Positions 19,957-28,474 of a stretch of 64,000 nucleotides of DNA are shown piece by piece. The DNA is taken from positions 1 to 64,000 of the forward strand of contig CAVVTZ010000010.1 of the NCBI GenBank assembly GCA_963751275.1. Direction: 5' to 3'. This DNA is from an uncultured Gemmatimonadaceae bacterium (GTDB lineage: Bacteria > Gemmatimonadota > Gemmatimonadetes > Gemmatimonadales > Gemmatimonadaceae). The position numbers and the translations under genes were made by a program. Positions within the stretch are counted from its first letter, which is position 1, and every line of letters begins with the position of its first letter. The notes under the pieces were generated by a model, which was not told the DNA's origin, searched no databases, and saw nothing but the letters and a program-made list of their open reading frames with translations.

Positions 19957-20968
19957 GTGAGCGCGCGCTGGCGGAACCTGCTCGGCGTCGCGCTCAGCGT
20001 CGGGCTGCTCTGGTGGACGTTCCGCGGCCAGGATCCCGCGGTGATCTGGGGCAATCTCCGCGACGCCAACATTCTGGTACCTCCTGGCCGCGATGGTCAC
20101 CGGCACGCTGATCTTCCCGCTGCGCGCGATCCGGTGGCGCGTGATCCTCGACCCGATCGCGCCGGACATCCCGCTGTACGATCTCTGGCGCGCCACCGCG
20201 ATCGGCATGGCCGGCAACAACGTGCTGCCGGCGCGCGCCGGTGAATTCGCGCGCGCGTACGTGCTCTCGAAGGAGACCGAGCGCGTCACGTTCTCCGCCG
20301 CCTTCGCGTCGCTGGCCGTGGACCGCGTATTCGATGCCTTCGTGGTGCTGCTGCTCATGCTTGCGGCGATGATGTCGCCGTCGTTCCCCAACCTGCCCAT
20401 TGGCGGCCGGCACGTGAGCGACTACGTGATCGGCGGCGCGATCGTCGCGACCGCCGCGCTCGGCGCACTCTACCTCATCGTGTTCTTCCCGCAGTGGATC
20501 ATCACGATGTACGAGTGGCTCGTGCGCAAGGTGGCGCCGAAGTTCGAGGACCAGGGGCGCCAGCTGCTGCTGTCGTTCGCCTCGGGGCTCGGTGTGCTCC
20601 GGCATCCATCGCGCTTCTTCCGCGTGCTGCTCTGGACGATCGCGCACTGGCTGCTCAACGGCGTCGCCTTCCTGTGCGCCTTCAAGGCCGTGGGGATCAC
20701 GGCGCCGTACAGCGCCGCGCTGCTGCTGCAGGGGTTGATCGCGATCGGCGTCGCGGTGCCGAGCGCGCCGGGATTCTTCGGCATCTTCGAGAAGATCGGC
20801 CAGGTGGGCCTCGGCATCTACGGCGTGGACAAGTCGCTCGCGACGAGCTGGGCGATCGGGTTCCATCTGCTCACGTTCATCCCGATCACGCTCATCGGCA
20901 TCTACTACTTCACGAAACTCGGGTTCCATCTCCGCGATTTGAAGCGCGCGGAGACCGACGCGGCATGA
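19957..20968 (+). CDS. Lysylphosphatidylglycerol synthase TM / UPF0104 flippase-like membrane protein (frameshift near 20075)
   Basis: LRAIRWRVIL, NNVLPARAGEFARA, VDRVFD, PSAPGFFG; N-terminus in the adjacent frame. Confidence 0.85.
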
Positions 20969-21852
20969 GCGCGCGCGCCGCGCGCGTCGCGGCGCAGGCG
21001 AAGATCAACCTGGGCCTGCGCGTGCTGAGTCGCGAAACGTCGGGCTACCACGGGATCGAGACGGTCTTCCAGCGGCTGGCGCTCGCCGACGACGTGAGGG
21101 TGCGGATCACCGACGGCCCGCGCACACTCGACACGCGGGGCGCCGACGTCGGCCCCACCGAGAAGAACCTCGCCTGGCGCGCGGCGCTCGCGATGCGCGC
21201 GGCCACGGGCTGGCCCGCCGGCTTCGCGATCACGATCGAGAAGCGCATCCCCGTGGGCGCGGGACTCGGCGGCGGCAGCGCCGACGCCGGCGCGGTGCTC
21301 CGCGCGCTCAACGCGCTGGCGCCGCATCCCGTGAGCGAACTGGAACTGATGCGCATCGCCGCGCCATTGGGCGCCGATGTCCCGTTCCTCACCGGCACGG
21401 CGTCACTCGCGATGGCGTGGGGGCGCGGCGAGCGGATGCTGTCGCTGCCGCCGCTGCCGGAGCGCAGTGTGGCGCTCGTGCAGCCGGGCTTCGCGGTGAG
21501 TACCGCCGAGGCCTACGCGTGGCTCGACGCGTCGCGCGGCGGCTACGCCCCGCAGCCGCAGATGATGGGCGCCGAGCGGTTCGCGAGCTGGGAGGCCGTG
21601 GCGCCGCTCACCGGGAATGATTTCGAGCCGGTGATCGCCGAACACCACGCCGGGCTGCCCGGGATCGCCGAGGCGCTGCACCGCGCCGGCGCGTCGATCG
21701 CGCGCATGACCGGCTCCGGCTCGACCATGTACGGGATCTTCGCGCTCCCGCCGAACGCCGCGGCATTGGCGAAATCGGTGCCGGGCACGGTGATCGTCAC
21801 GAGCACCGTGATGAGCGTGCAACCCGTGGAGCTGGTGGACGTTCGCGCTTGA
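20965..21852 (+). CDS. ispE: 4-diphosphocytidyl-2-C-methyl-D-erythritol kinase
   Basis: AKINLGL, KRIPVGAGLGGGSADA, LGADVPF, NDFE, MTGSGS. Confidence 0.95.
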   Translation: MSARAARVAAQAKINLGLRVLSRETSGYHGIETVFQRLALADDVRVRITDGPRTLDTRGADVGPTEKNLAWRAALAMRAATGWPAGFAITIEKRIPVGAGLGGGSADAGAVLRALNALAPHPVSELELMRIAAPLGADVPFLTGTASLAMAWGRGERMLSLPPLPERSVALVQPGFAVSTAEAYAWLDASRGGYAPQPQMMGAERFASWEAVAPLTGNDFEPVIAEHHAGLPGIAEALHRAGASIARMTGSGSTMYGIFALPPNAAALAKSVPGTVIVTSTVMSVQPVELVDVRA

Positions 21853-21877
21853 GTGCCTGTGCCGGCGGCACTAACTT
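21849..21877 (+). promoter_or_regulatory. Putative promoter for tRNA-Gln
   Basis: TTGAGT-N17-TAACTT ending 11 nt before the tRNA. Confidence 0.55.
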
Positions 21878-21888
21878 CCGCCTGCTGA

Positions 21889-21959
21889 TGCCCCCTCGTC
21901 CAATGGCAGGACTCCGGACTTTGGATCCGGTAATGGTGGTTCGAATCCACCGGGGGCAA
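21889..21959 (+). tRNA. tRNA-Gln (anticodon TTG), CCA not encoded
   Basis: Acceptor stem TGCCCCC/GGGGGCA, anticodon arm CCGGA-CTTTGGA-TCCGG, T-arm GGTGG-TTCGAAT-CCACC; usual ispE-tRNA-Gln-prs context. Confidence 0.97.
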
Positions 21960-21987
21960 CTACTACTGACTGCGCGTCTGGTCGTTC

Positions 21988-22079
21988 GCGTGTAGTCCTC
22001 GGCATGACAACAAATTGTGTGATGCGCGAGAGGCCCTCAGAGTCGTACAGAATTCGTTGTCATGCCTCGGACCATACGC
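21988..22079. repeat. About 90-nt imperfect palindrome between tRNA-Gln and prs
   Basis: Perfect GGCATGACAAC/GTTGTCATGCC core extended by GCGTGTAGTCC/GGACCATACGC. Confidence 0.75.
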
Positions 22080-22100
22080 CATACGCTGTCGTTTGCAGTG

Positions 22101-22129
22101 TTGCGTAACCCATTCAGCCGGACTAACTT
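22101..22129 (+). promoter_or_regulatory. Putative promoter for prs
   Basis: TTGCGT-N17-TAACTT upstream of ATG 22145. Confidence 0.5.
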
Positions 22130-22144
22130 TGATGGCTGTGAAAC

Positions 22145-23099
22145 ATGGATGAGCTAAGCGTCCCGCGACGGGGCTTCAAGCTCTTGTCGGGCACGGCGAA
22201 CCGGGGGCTCGCGGAGGAGATCAGCCGCACCCTCGGCGTCGAACTCGGCAAGGTCACGCTGAGCCGGTTCGCCGACGGCGAGATCTTCGTCCGCATCGAC
22301 GAGAACGTGCGCGGGCACGATGTGTTCATCGTGCAGCCGACCAATCCGCCGGCCGAGAACATCATGGAGCTCCTGCTCATGATCGACGCGGCGCGACGGG
22401 CCTCGGCGGCACGCATCACCTGCGTGATGCCGTACTATGGATATTCGCGGCAGGACCGGAAGGACCAGCCGCGGGTGGCGATCGGCGCGAAGCTCGTCGC
22501 CAACTTGATCGTGAAGGCCGGGGCGGACCGGGTGCTGGGGATCGATTTCCACCAGCACGCGCTGCAGGGGTTCTTCGACATTCCCGTCGACCACCTCTAC
22601 GCGGCGCCGGTGCTCACCGCGCATTACCGGAAGAAGGCAGTTGAAGGACCTCGTGGTCGTCGCGCCGGATGTCGGCTCGGCGAAGATGGCGAGGGGATTC
22701 GCGAAGAGGCTCAACGGCACCTTCGCGATCATCGACAAACGGCGGCCCGCGGCGAACGTCGCCGAGGTGCTGAACGTCGTCGGTGAAGTGGAAGGTCGGG
22801 ATTGTCTCATTCCCGATGACATGATCGACACCGCCGGCACGGTATCCGAGGCGGCCCGCGCGCTCAAAGCGCTCGGCGCCAACGATATCTACGTCTGCGC
22901 CACGCACGCGATGCTCTCCGGCCCAGCCGTCGAGCGTCTCTCCGCGGCGCCGATCGCCGAGGTGACCGTGACCGATACGATCGCGTTGCCGCCGTCCAAA
23001 CGATTCGAGAAGCTGCGCATCCTCTCGATCGGTGAACTGCTGGCGAAAGCGATCCGCTATACGCACAGCGACGAATCCGTCAGTTCGCTGTTCGAGTGA
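22145..23099 (+). CDS. prs: Ribose-phosphate pyrophosphokinase (frameshift near 22636)
   Basis: FADGEIFVRIDENVRG, PYYGYSRQDRK in the first frame; VVAPDVG, DDMIDTAGT in the second. Confidence 0.93.
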
Positions 23100-23144
23100 C
23101 CGCCGCTCCACCACCGTTTCCGCAACCGCAAGCGAGATCGAACC

Positions 23145-23832
23145 ATGGCCACTGAGATCCTCACCGCGCACGAACGCGCGACGACCGGCAAGGGCACGGC
23201 CCGCAAGCTGCGCGCCGACAAGAAGGTGCCCGGCATCATCTACGGACACGCACGCGAGCCGCAGGCGATCACGCTCGACGAGCGCGAGCTCGACCGCATG
23301 CTCGGCCGCGTCTCCGCCGACACGACGGTCTTCGACGTCACGATCGGCAAGAAGGTCGCGCGCTCGCTGATCCGCGAGGTCCAGCGCCACCCGATCCGCC
23401 GCAACATCCTCCACGTCGACTTCCAGGAACTGGTCGCCGGCGAGGCCGTCACGGTGGACATCCCGATCGTGCTCGTCGGTTCGCCCGACGGCGTGCGCAA
23501 CCAGCAGGGCACGCTCGACCAGATCATGCGGTCGATCAGCGTGGAAGTGGACCCGGCGAACATCCCGAACCGACTTCGACCTGAACGTGGACGCGCTGAA
23601 GCTCAACGAGTCGCTGCACGTGCGCGACCTGACGCTGCCCGCCGGTCTCAAGGTGCTCGAGGACATGGACGCGACGGTGTGCGTCGTCGTGCCGCCGCGC
23701 ATCGAGGTCGAGGCGACGCCGGTCGTGGCGGAAGGCGCTGAGGGTGCGGTGGCGGCGGAAGGCGCGGCGCCGGCCGAGCCCGAGCTGATCCGCAAGGTCA
23801 AGGCGAAGGACGAAGAGGAAGAGAAGGACTAG
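23145..23832 (+). CDS. rplY: 50S ribosomal protein L25/Ctc (frameshift near 23575)
   Basis: GKGTARKLR, VPGIIYG, REVQRHP, LHVDFQ; C-terminus AEPELIRK in the next frame. Confidence 0.92.
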
Positions 23833-23878
23833 CGCGACGGGGCGGAATCTCGCCCCGCCCCGCTTCGCCTTCTTTCGC

Positions 23879-24511
23879 ATGAAGGTCATCATCGGCCTCG
23901 GCAATCCTGGCCGGCAATACGAACGGACGCGCCACAACGTCGGCTGGTGGGTGGTGGACCACCTGGCCGACGTTTGGCATTTCGGGAAGTGGCGCGAGGA
24001 GGGCCGCACGCTGAGCGCGGGCGGCCGCCTCGGCGCCGCGCACGTGCGACTCGTGAAGCCGCTCACGTACATGAACCTGAGCGGCGAGGTGCTGGTGCCC
24101 TGGCTCCGGCGGCCGGCGTGGAGCGCGGCCACCGATCTGCTCGCGGTGGTGGACGACGTCGCGATCCCGGTGGGGACGTGGCGGCTGCGCGCCGAGGGCT
24201 CGAGCGGCGGGCACAACGGGCTCAAGAGCATAGAGAAGCAGGTGGGGTCGCGCGAATACGCGAGGCTCCGCATCGGGATCAAGCCGCTGGAGACGGACCG
24301 GCCCACCGTGCCGCTCGACGCGTTCGTGCTCGCACCGTTCGCGGCGGCGGAGCGCGAGGCGACGTTGGGGCTGTTCCCGCGGCTCGTGGAAGTGGCGGAG
24401 CGCTGGGTGCACGATGGCGTGACGTGCGGCCATGCATCTGCAGACGCGAACAGACGTCGGACGTTAGACGTTAGAACACATCAGAGGGCTGAATGCCTAG
24501 CAAAGGGCTGA
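23879..24511 (+). CDS. pth: Peptidyl-tRNA hydrolase (true stop may be TAG at about 24467 if one base near 24425 is an error)
   Basis: GLGNPG, TRHNVG, KPLTYMNLSG, GSSGGHNGLKS, RLRIGI. Confidence 0.93.
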   Translation: MKVIIGLGNPGRQYERTRHNVGWWVVDHLADVWHFGKWREEGRTLSAGGRLGAAHVRLVKPLTYMNLSGEVLVPWLRRPAWSAATDLLAVVDDVAIPVGTWRLRAEGSSGGHNGLKSIEKQVGSREYARLRIGIKPLETDRPTVPLDAFVLAPFAAAEREATLGLFPRLVEVAERWVHDGVTCGHASADANRRRTLDVRTHQRAECLAKG

Positions 24512-25613
24512 ATGCTTAGACTCGCGATCGTCGGTCTGCCGAACGTCGGAAAGTCCACGCTGTTCAATGCGCTCACGAGCGCCAAGGCGGAGGCAGCGAA
24601 CTATCCGTTCTGCACCGTGGAGCCGAACGTCGGCATCGTCGAAGTGCCGGACCCGCGGCTCGCGAAGCTGGCCGAGGTGGTGCAACCCAAGCGCACCGTG
24701 CCCGCGGCGGTGGAGTTCGTGGACATCGCGGGGCTGGTGAAAGGCGCGAGCGCGGGCGAGGGTCTGGGCAACAAGTTCCTGGCGAATATCCGTGAGACCG
24801 ACGCGATCGTGCATGTGGTGCGTTGCTTCGACGATCCGGACGTGACGCACGTGATGGGCAGCGTGGATCCCGTGCGCGACCGCGAGGTGATCGAGCTGGA
24901 GCTGGCGCTGGCCGACCTCGCGGCGGTGGAGAAGCGGCTGGACCGCACGCGGCGCGCCGCGAAATCGAATGGAGAAGGAGGCGCTCGCCGAGCTGCCGGC
25001 GCTCGAGGCCGCGTACGCCGCACTCTCCGCGGGGCGCGGGCTCTGGGAAGTGAAGCTCACCGATGAACAGCGCGCGCTGCTCAAGCCGCTGGCGCTGCTC
25101 ACCGCGAAGCCCGTCCTGTACGCCGCGAACGTGACCGACCACGAGCTGACGGGTGACGAGGGCCCGCACTTGAAGGCGCTGCGCGCGGCGGTGGCGAAGA
25201 GCGGCGAGCATGCGCAGATCGTGCCGTTCTCCGCGAAGATCGAAGCCGAACTCGCCGAACTGCCGCCGGCGGATCGCGAGGATTTTCTCGCATCGCTCGG
25301 GCTGACGTCGGCGGGGTTGGACCGGCTGATCCGCGCCGGCTACGAATTGCTCGGCCTGCAGACCTACTTCACCGCCGGCGAGCAGGAAGTGCGCGCCTGG
25401 ACCATCCACAAAGGCGACCGAGCGCCCGCGGCGGCCGGCGTGATCCACACGGATTTCGAGCATGGGTTCATCCGCGCGGAGACGGTGGCGTACCCGGATT
25501 TCATTTCCATGGGCGGATGGAAGGGCGCAAAGGAGAAGGGGGCGGTTCGCAGCGAAGGGAAAGAGTACGTGGTGGCCGATGGAGACGTCCTGCTGTTCCG
25601 GTTCAACGTGTAA
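24512..25613 (+). CDS. ychF: Redox-regulated ATPase YchF (frameshift near 24967)
   Basis: [57 protein letters not shown]. Confidence 0.95.
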
Positions 25614-25625
25614 CTGCAGCGGCGC

Positions 25626-25796
25626 GAGTAGCACCCCGGACTACGTACTTGGTCCCCCGAACTCCGTTGCTAGCAGGTGAGGCGTAGTCACGGCATGGGC
25701 GTATTTGGCAACACCAAGTACGCCCGAGCTGTGACCACGCCTTAGTTGCCAGAAACGGAGTTCGGGGGACCAATGACGGAGTTCGGGGTGCCACTC
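25626..25796. repeat. 171-nt imperfect palindrome between ychF and rpsF
   Basis: 83-nt arms match ungapped at 68/83, 5-nt loop; perfect 20-bp block TTGGTCCCCCGAACTCCGTT; 21-nt tandem duplication in the arms. Confidence 0.92.
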
Positions 25797-25844
25797 CCGA
25801 ACAACGGCAGTGAGCATTAGGTTACACCTCACAATTGATTCACC

Positions 25845-25906
25845 GACCCTCCTCCGGAACCTGATCGTCCGGGGGCGGCCACGACCACAGGGAGGATCAG
25901 AGAATC
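25845..25906 (+). promoter_or_regulatory. Possible S6:S18 autoregulatory ribosomal leader
   Basis: CCCT-CCTCCGGA...TCCGGGGG hairpin with CCCT able to pair to the AGGGAGG Shine-Dalgarno, directly upstream of rpsF. Confidence 0.45.
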
Positions 25907-26272
25907 ATGCCTCGCACTTATGAGGCGGTGTACATCTTCGACTCCACGCTCGCGGACACCGCCGTCACCGAAAAACTCACCAAGCTCCACTCGCTCCTCA
26001 CCGTCGAGGGCGACATCGCCCTGACGCATTGGGGCCGCCGCCAGCTCGCCTACCCCATCGGGCGCCGCGAGAACGGCTACTACGTCATCGCGAAGTTCGA
26101 CGCCGAGCCCGCTACGCTGCCCGAGTACGAGCGCGCGCTCAAGCTCGACAATGGCGTCGTGCGCTACCTGGTGACCCTGCACGAACACGAAGTGGGCGCG
26201 CCCGTGCTCACCGAAGAAGAAATGGCCGCCGCTCGCGCTCGTGCGGGCGACGATGACGACGACGAGGAATAA
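25907..26272 (+). CDS. rpsF: 30S ribosomal protein S6
   Basis: [25 protein letters not shown]; acidic tail. Confidence 0.95.
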   Translation: MPRTYEAVYIFDSTLADTAVTEKLTKLHSLLTVEGDIALTHWGRRQLAYPIGRRENGYYVIAKFDAEPATLPEYERALKLDNGVVRYLVTLHEHEVGAPVLTEEEMAAARARAGDDDDDEE

Positions 26273-26274
26273 CA

Positions 26275-26496
26275 ATGCGACGCCCAGCCAAGACGTGCCC
26301 GTTCTGCGAGACCCGCGTGCGCTTCATCGACTACAAGGATGACCGGACGCTCGGCCGCTTCCTCACCGACACCGGCAAGATCCTGCCGAGCCGGTTGAGC
26401 GGCGCGTGCGCGCGTCATCAGCGGCAGCTGTCCACGGCGATCAAGCGCGCCCGCTATCTGGCGCTGGTCCCGTACATCCGGGGTCTCACCGCGTAA
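26275..26496 (+). CDS. rpsR: 30S ribosomal protein S18
   Basis: [33 protein letters not shown]. Confidence 0.97.
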   Translation: MRRPAKTCPFCETRVRFIDYKDDRTLGRFLTDTGKILPSRLSGACARHQRQLSTAIKRARYLALVPYIRGLTA

Positions 26497-26498
26497 CA

Positions 26499-27542
26499 AT
26501 GTCCGGCGTGACCGCGCCGGTGCAGCGGGAACAGGGGTGGATGCGCGTGGTGCTCGCCACCGCCGCCTTCCTTCTGCTCGCGCGCGCGCCCGGTGCCCGC
26601 GCGTTCCTGCCGGTGGTGGATACGTTCCTGCTCCTCTTTCCCGTGCTCACGGCCTGCTTCGTCGCCGGCTGGGTGAACGGGGGCCCGGCGTCGCTCGCGA
26701 TCGTCTGGGTGCTCATGACGGCGGCGCTCTTCGTGCTGCCGGCCTCTTCGGGCAACGAGTCGTACCACGATCTCGCGCGCGCGTGGGGGTTGCTGGTGGG
26801 TGGTGCGTTCGGCGTGGTGTGCGTGCTGAGCGGACGCGGTTCGCTCTTCTCGCGCGCGCTGAACGCGGCGGGGTTGGCGCTCGTCGGCGCGGTGATCTTT
26901 GCCGGCGCGGCCGCTCTCTCGCTGGGTGCGATGGAGCAGGTGTTCGCGCAGGAGTTCGCGTCGCGCAATGCGGCGACCGCGAGCGCGCTCGCGCGGTGGC
27001 TGCCGGCGGTGGGGTCGGTCTTCCCCGGCGCCGGTGAGTGGGCGGCGACGCGGTCGCTGGCGTTGAGCCAGGCGTCGTCGGCGCTCGCCGCGCCGCTCGT
27101 GCCGGCGTTGCTGGTGCTGGAAGCGCTGGCGGCCTGTGCGCTGGCGTGGTCGTTGTACCACCGGCTAAGCCGCACACGGCTCGGCCTGCCGCTGTCGTCG
27201 CTGAAGACGTTCACCTTCGGCCACGGGTTGGTGTGGGCGTTGGTGGCGGGCGGCGCGCTCGTGGCGGTGCCGGCACTGCACGGCAGCGGCGCGGCGATCC
27301 TGGGGGCGAACATGGTGGTGCTGGTGGGCGCGCTCTTCGCGCTCCGCGGCGCCGCCGTGGCGGCCTGGTTCATCCCGATCCGCCGGACGGCGGCGCAGGT
27401 GGCGTCGTGCCTGGCGGCGCTGGCGCTCGCGCCGGTGACGGTGCCGGCGGCGGTGGGGCTGGGTGTGGCGGACAATTGGCTCGATTGGCGCGGACTCGCG
27501 CGGCCGGCGGCAGCCGGAGCGAGTCCCACCTCAACTGATTAA
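26499..27542 (+). CDS. DUF2232/YybS-like integral membrane protein
   Basis: Multi-TM hydrophobic protein ending GLGVADNWLDWR; typical rpsR-DUF2232-rplI position. Confidence 0.7.
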   Translation: MSGVTAPVQREQGWMRVVLATAAFLLLARAPGARAFLPVVDTFLLLFPVLTACFVAGWVNGGPASLAIVWVLMTAALFVLPASSGNESYHDLARAWGLLVGGAFGVVCVLSGRGSLFSRALNAAGLALVGAVIFAGAAALSLGAMEQVFAQEFASRNAATASALARWLPAVGSVFPGAGEWAATRSLALSQASSALAAPLVPALLVLEALAACALAWSLYHRLSRTRLGLPLSSLKTFTFGHGLVWALVAGGALVAVPALHGSGAAILGANMVVLVGALFALRGAAVAAWFIPIRRTAAQVASCLAALALAPVTVPAAVGLGVADNWLDWRGLARPAAAGASPTSTD

Positions 27543-27565
27543 CTCGTTCCTACCGGAGCATTCCC

Positions 27566-28012
27566 ATGGAAGTGATCCTGCGGCAGAGCATCGACCAGCT
27601 CGGACAGCCGGGTGACGTCGTGAAGGTGTCGGCCGGCTACGCGCGCAATTTCCTCCTCCCGCGCGGTCTCGCCTACGAGGCGACGCCGGGCAACCGGAAG
27701 CGCATCGGCCAGGAGAAGGCGCGCCTCGAGCTCGCCGAGAACGCGCGGCGCGAAGCGGCGCAGGCACTGGCCGCGCGGCTGGAGCAGGTGTCGCTCACCT
27801 TCTCGGCGCGCGTCGGCGAAGAGGAGAAGCTCTTCGGCTCCGTCACCGCCGCCGATATCGCCGCGCAGCTGCACGCGCAGGGATTCAACGAGGTCGAGAA
27901 GCGCATGATCGATCTCCACGAGCCGATCAAGGCGCTCGGCATCTTCAAGGTGCCCGTGCGCTTGCACGCGGACGTGAAGCCGGAACTCCGCGTGTGGGTG
28001 GTGAAACAGTAA
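27566..28012 (+). CDS. rplI: 50S ribosomal protein L9
   Basis: MEVIL, LGQPGDVVKVSAGYARNFLLPRG, KLFGSVT, PIKALG. Confidence 0.97.
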   Translation: MEVILRQSIDQLGQPGDVVKVSAGYARNFLLPRGLAYEATPGNRKRIGQEKARLELAENARREAAQALAARLEQVSLTFSARVGEEEKLFGSVTAADIAAQLHAQGFNEVEKRMIDLHEPIKALGIFKVPVRLHADVKPELRVWVVKQ

Positions 28013-28090
28013 GGAATACGGCGAGCGGAGTGGAACTTTCGGCTTCTTTCGTGGTTCCACGAGACAGTCCCTCTCACCTCAAGAAGGCGA

Positions 28091-28474
28091 ATGGCCATCA
28101 GCCCGCCCGCCAACCGTTCCTCGCTCGCGCAGGTTCAGCGCGCTGCGGCGCTCTGCCTGGATCTCAAGGCCCATGACGTCGCGCTGCTGGACCTGCGGCG
28201 CGTCTCCAATGCCACCGATTATTTCCTGATCGCGAGCGGGACGTCGGACACGCACGTGCGCGCGGTGGCGGGGCACATGATCGATGCGCTGCGGGCGCTC
28301 GGGATAAAACCCTACGGGGTGGAGGGGCTCGAATCGGGGCGCTGGGTACTGGTGGACTACGTGGACTTCGTGGTCCACGTCTTCCATCCGGCCATGCGCC
28401 AGTACTACCAACTCGAGCGCCTCTGGGGCGACGCGCAAGGCGTGGCCCTGGATGCGCAGGGAGCGGCGACATGA
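28091..28474 (+). CDS. rsfS: Ribosome silencing factor
   Basis: KAHDVALLDL, DYFLIASG, WVLVDYVDFVVHVF, YYQLERLWGDA. Confidence 0.95.
   Translation: MAISPPANRSSLAQVQRAAALCLDLKAHDVALLDLRRVSNATDYFLIASGTSDTHVRAVAGHMIDALRALGIKPYGVEGLESGRWVLVDYVDFVVHVFHPAMRQYYQLERLWGDAQGVALDAQGAAT

Noticed and set aside
21889..22145. Prophage or genomic island integrated at tRNA-Gln
   Set aside because: No integrase and no duplicated tRNA 3' end; the ispE-tRNA-prs order is intact.
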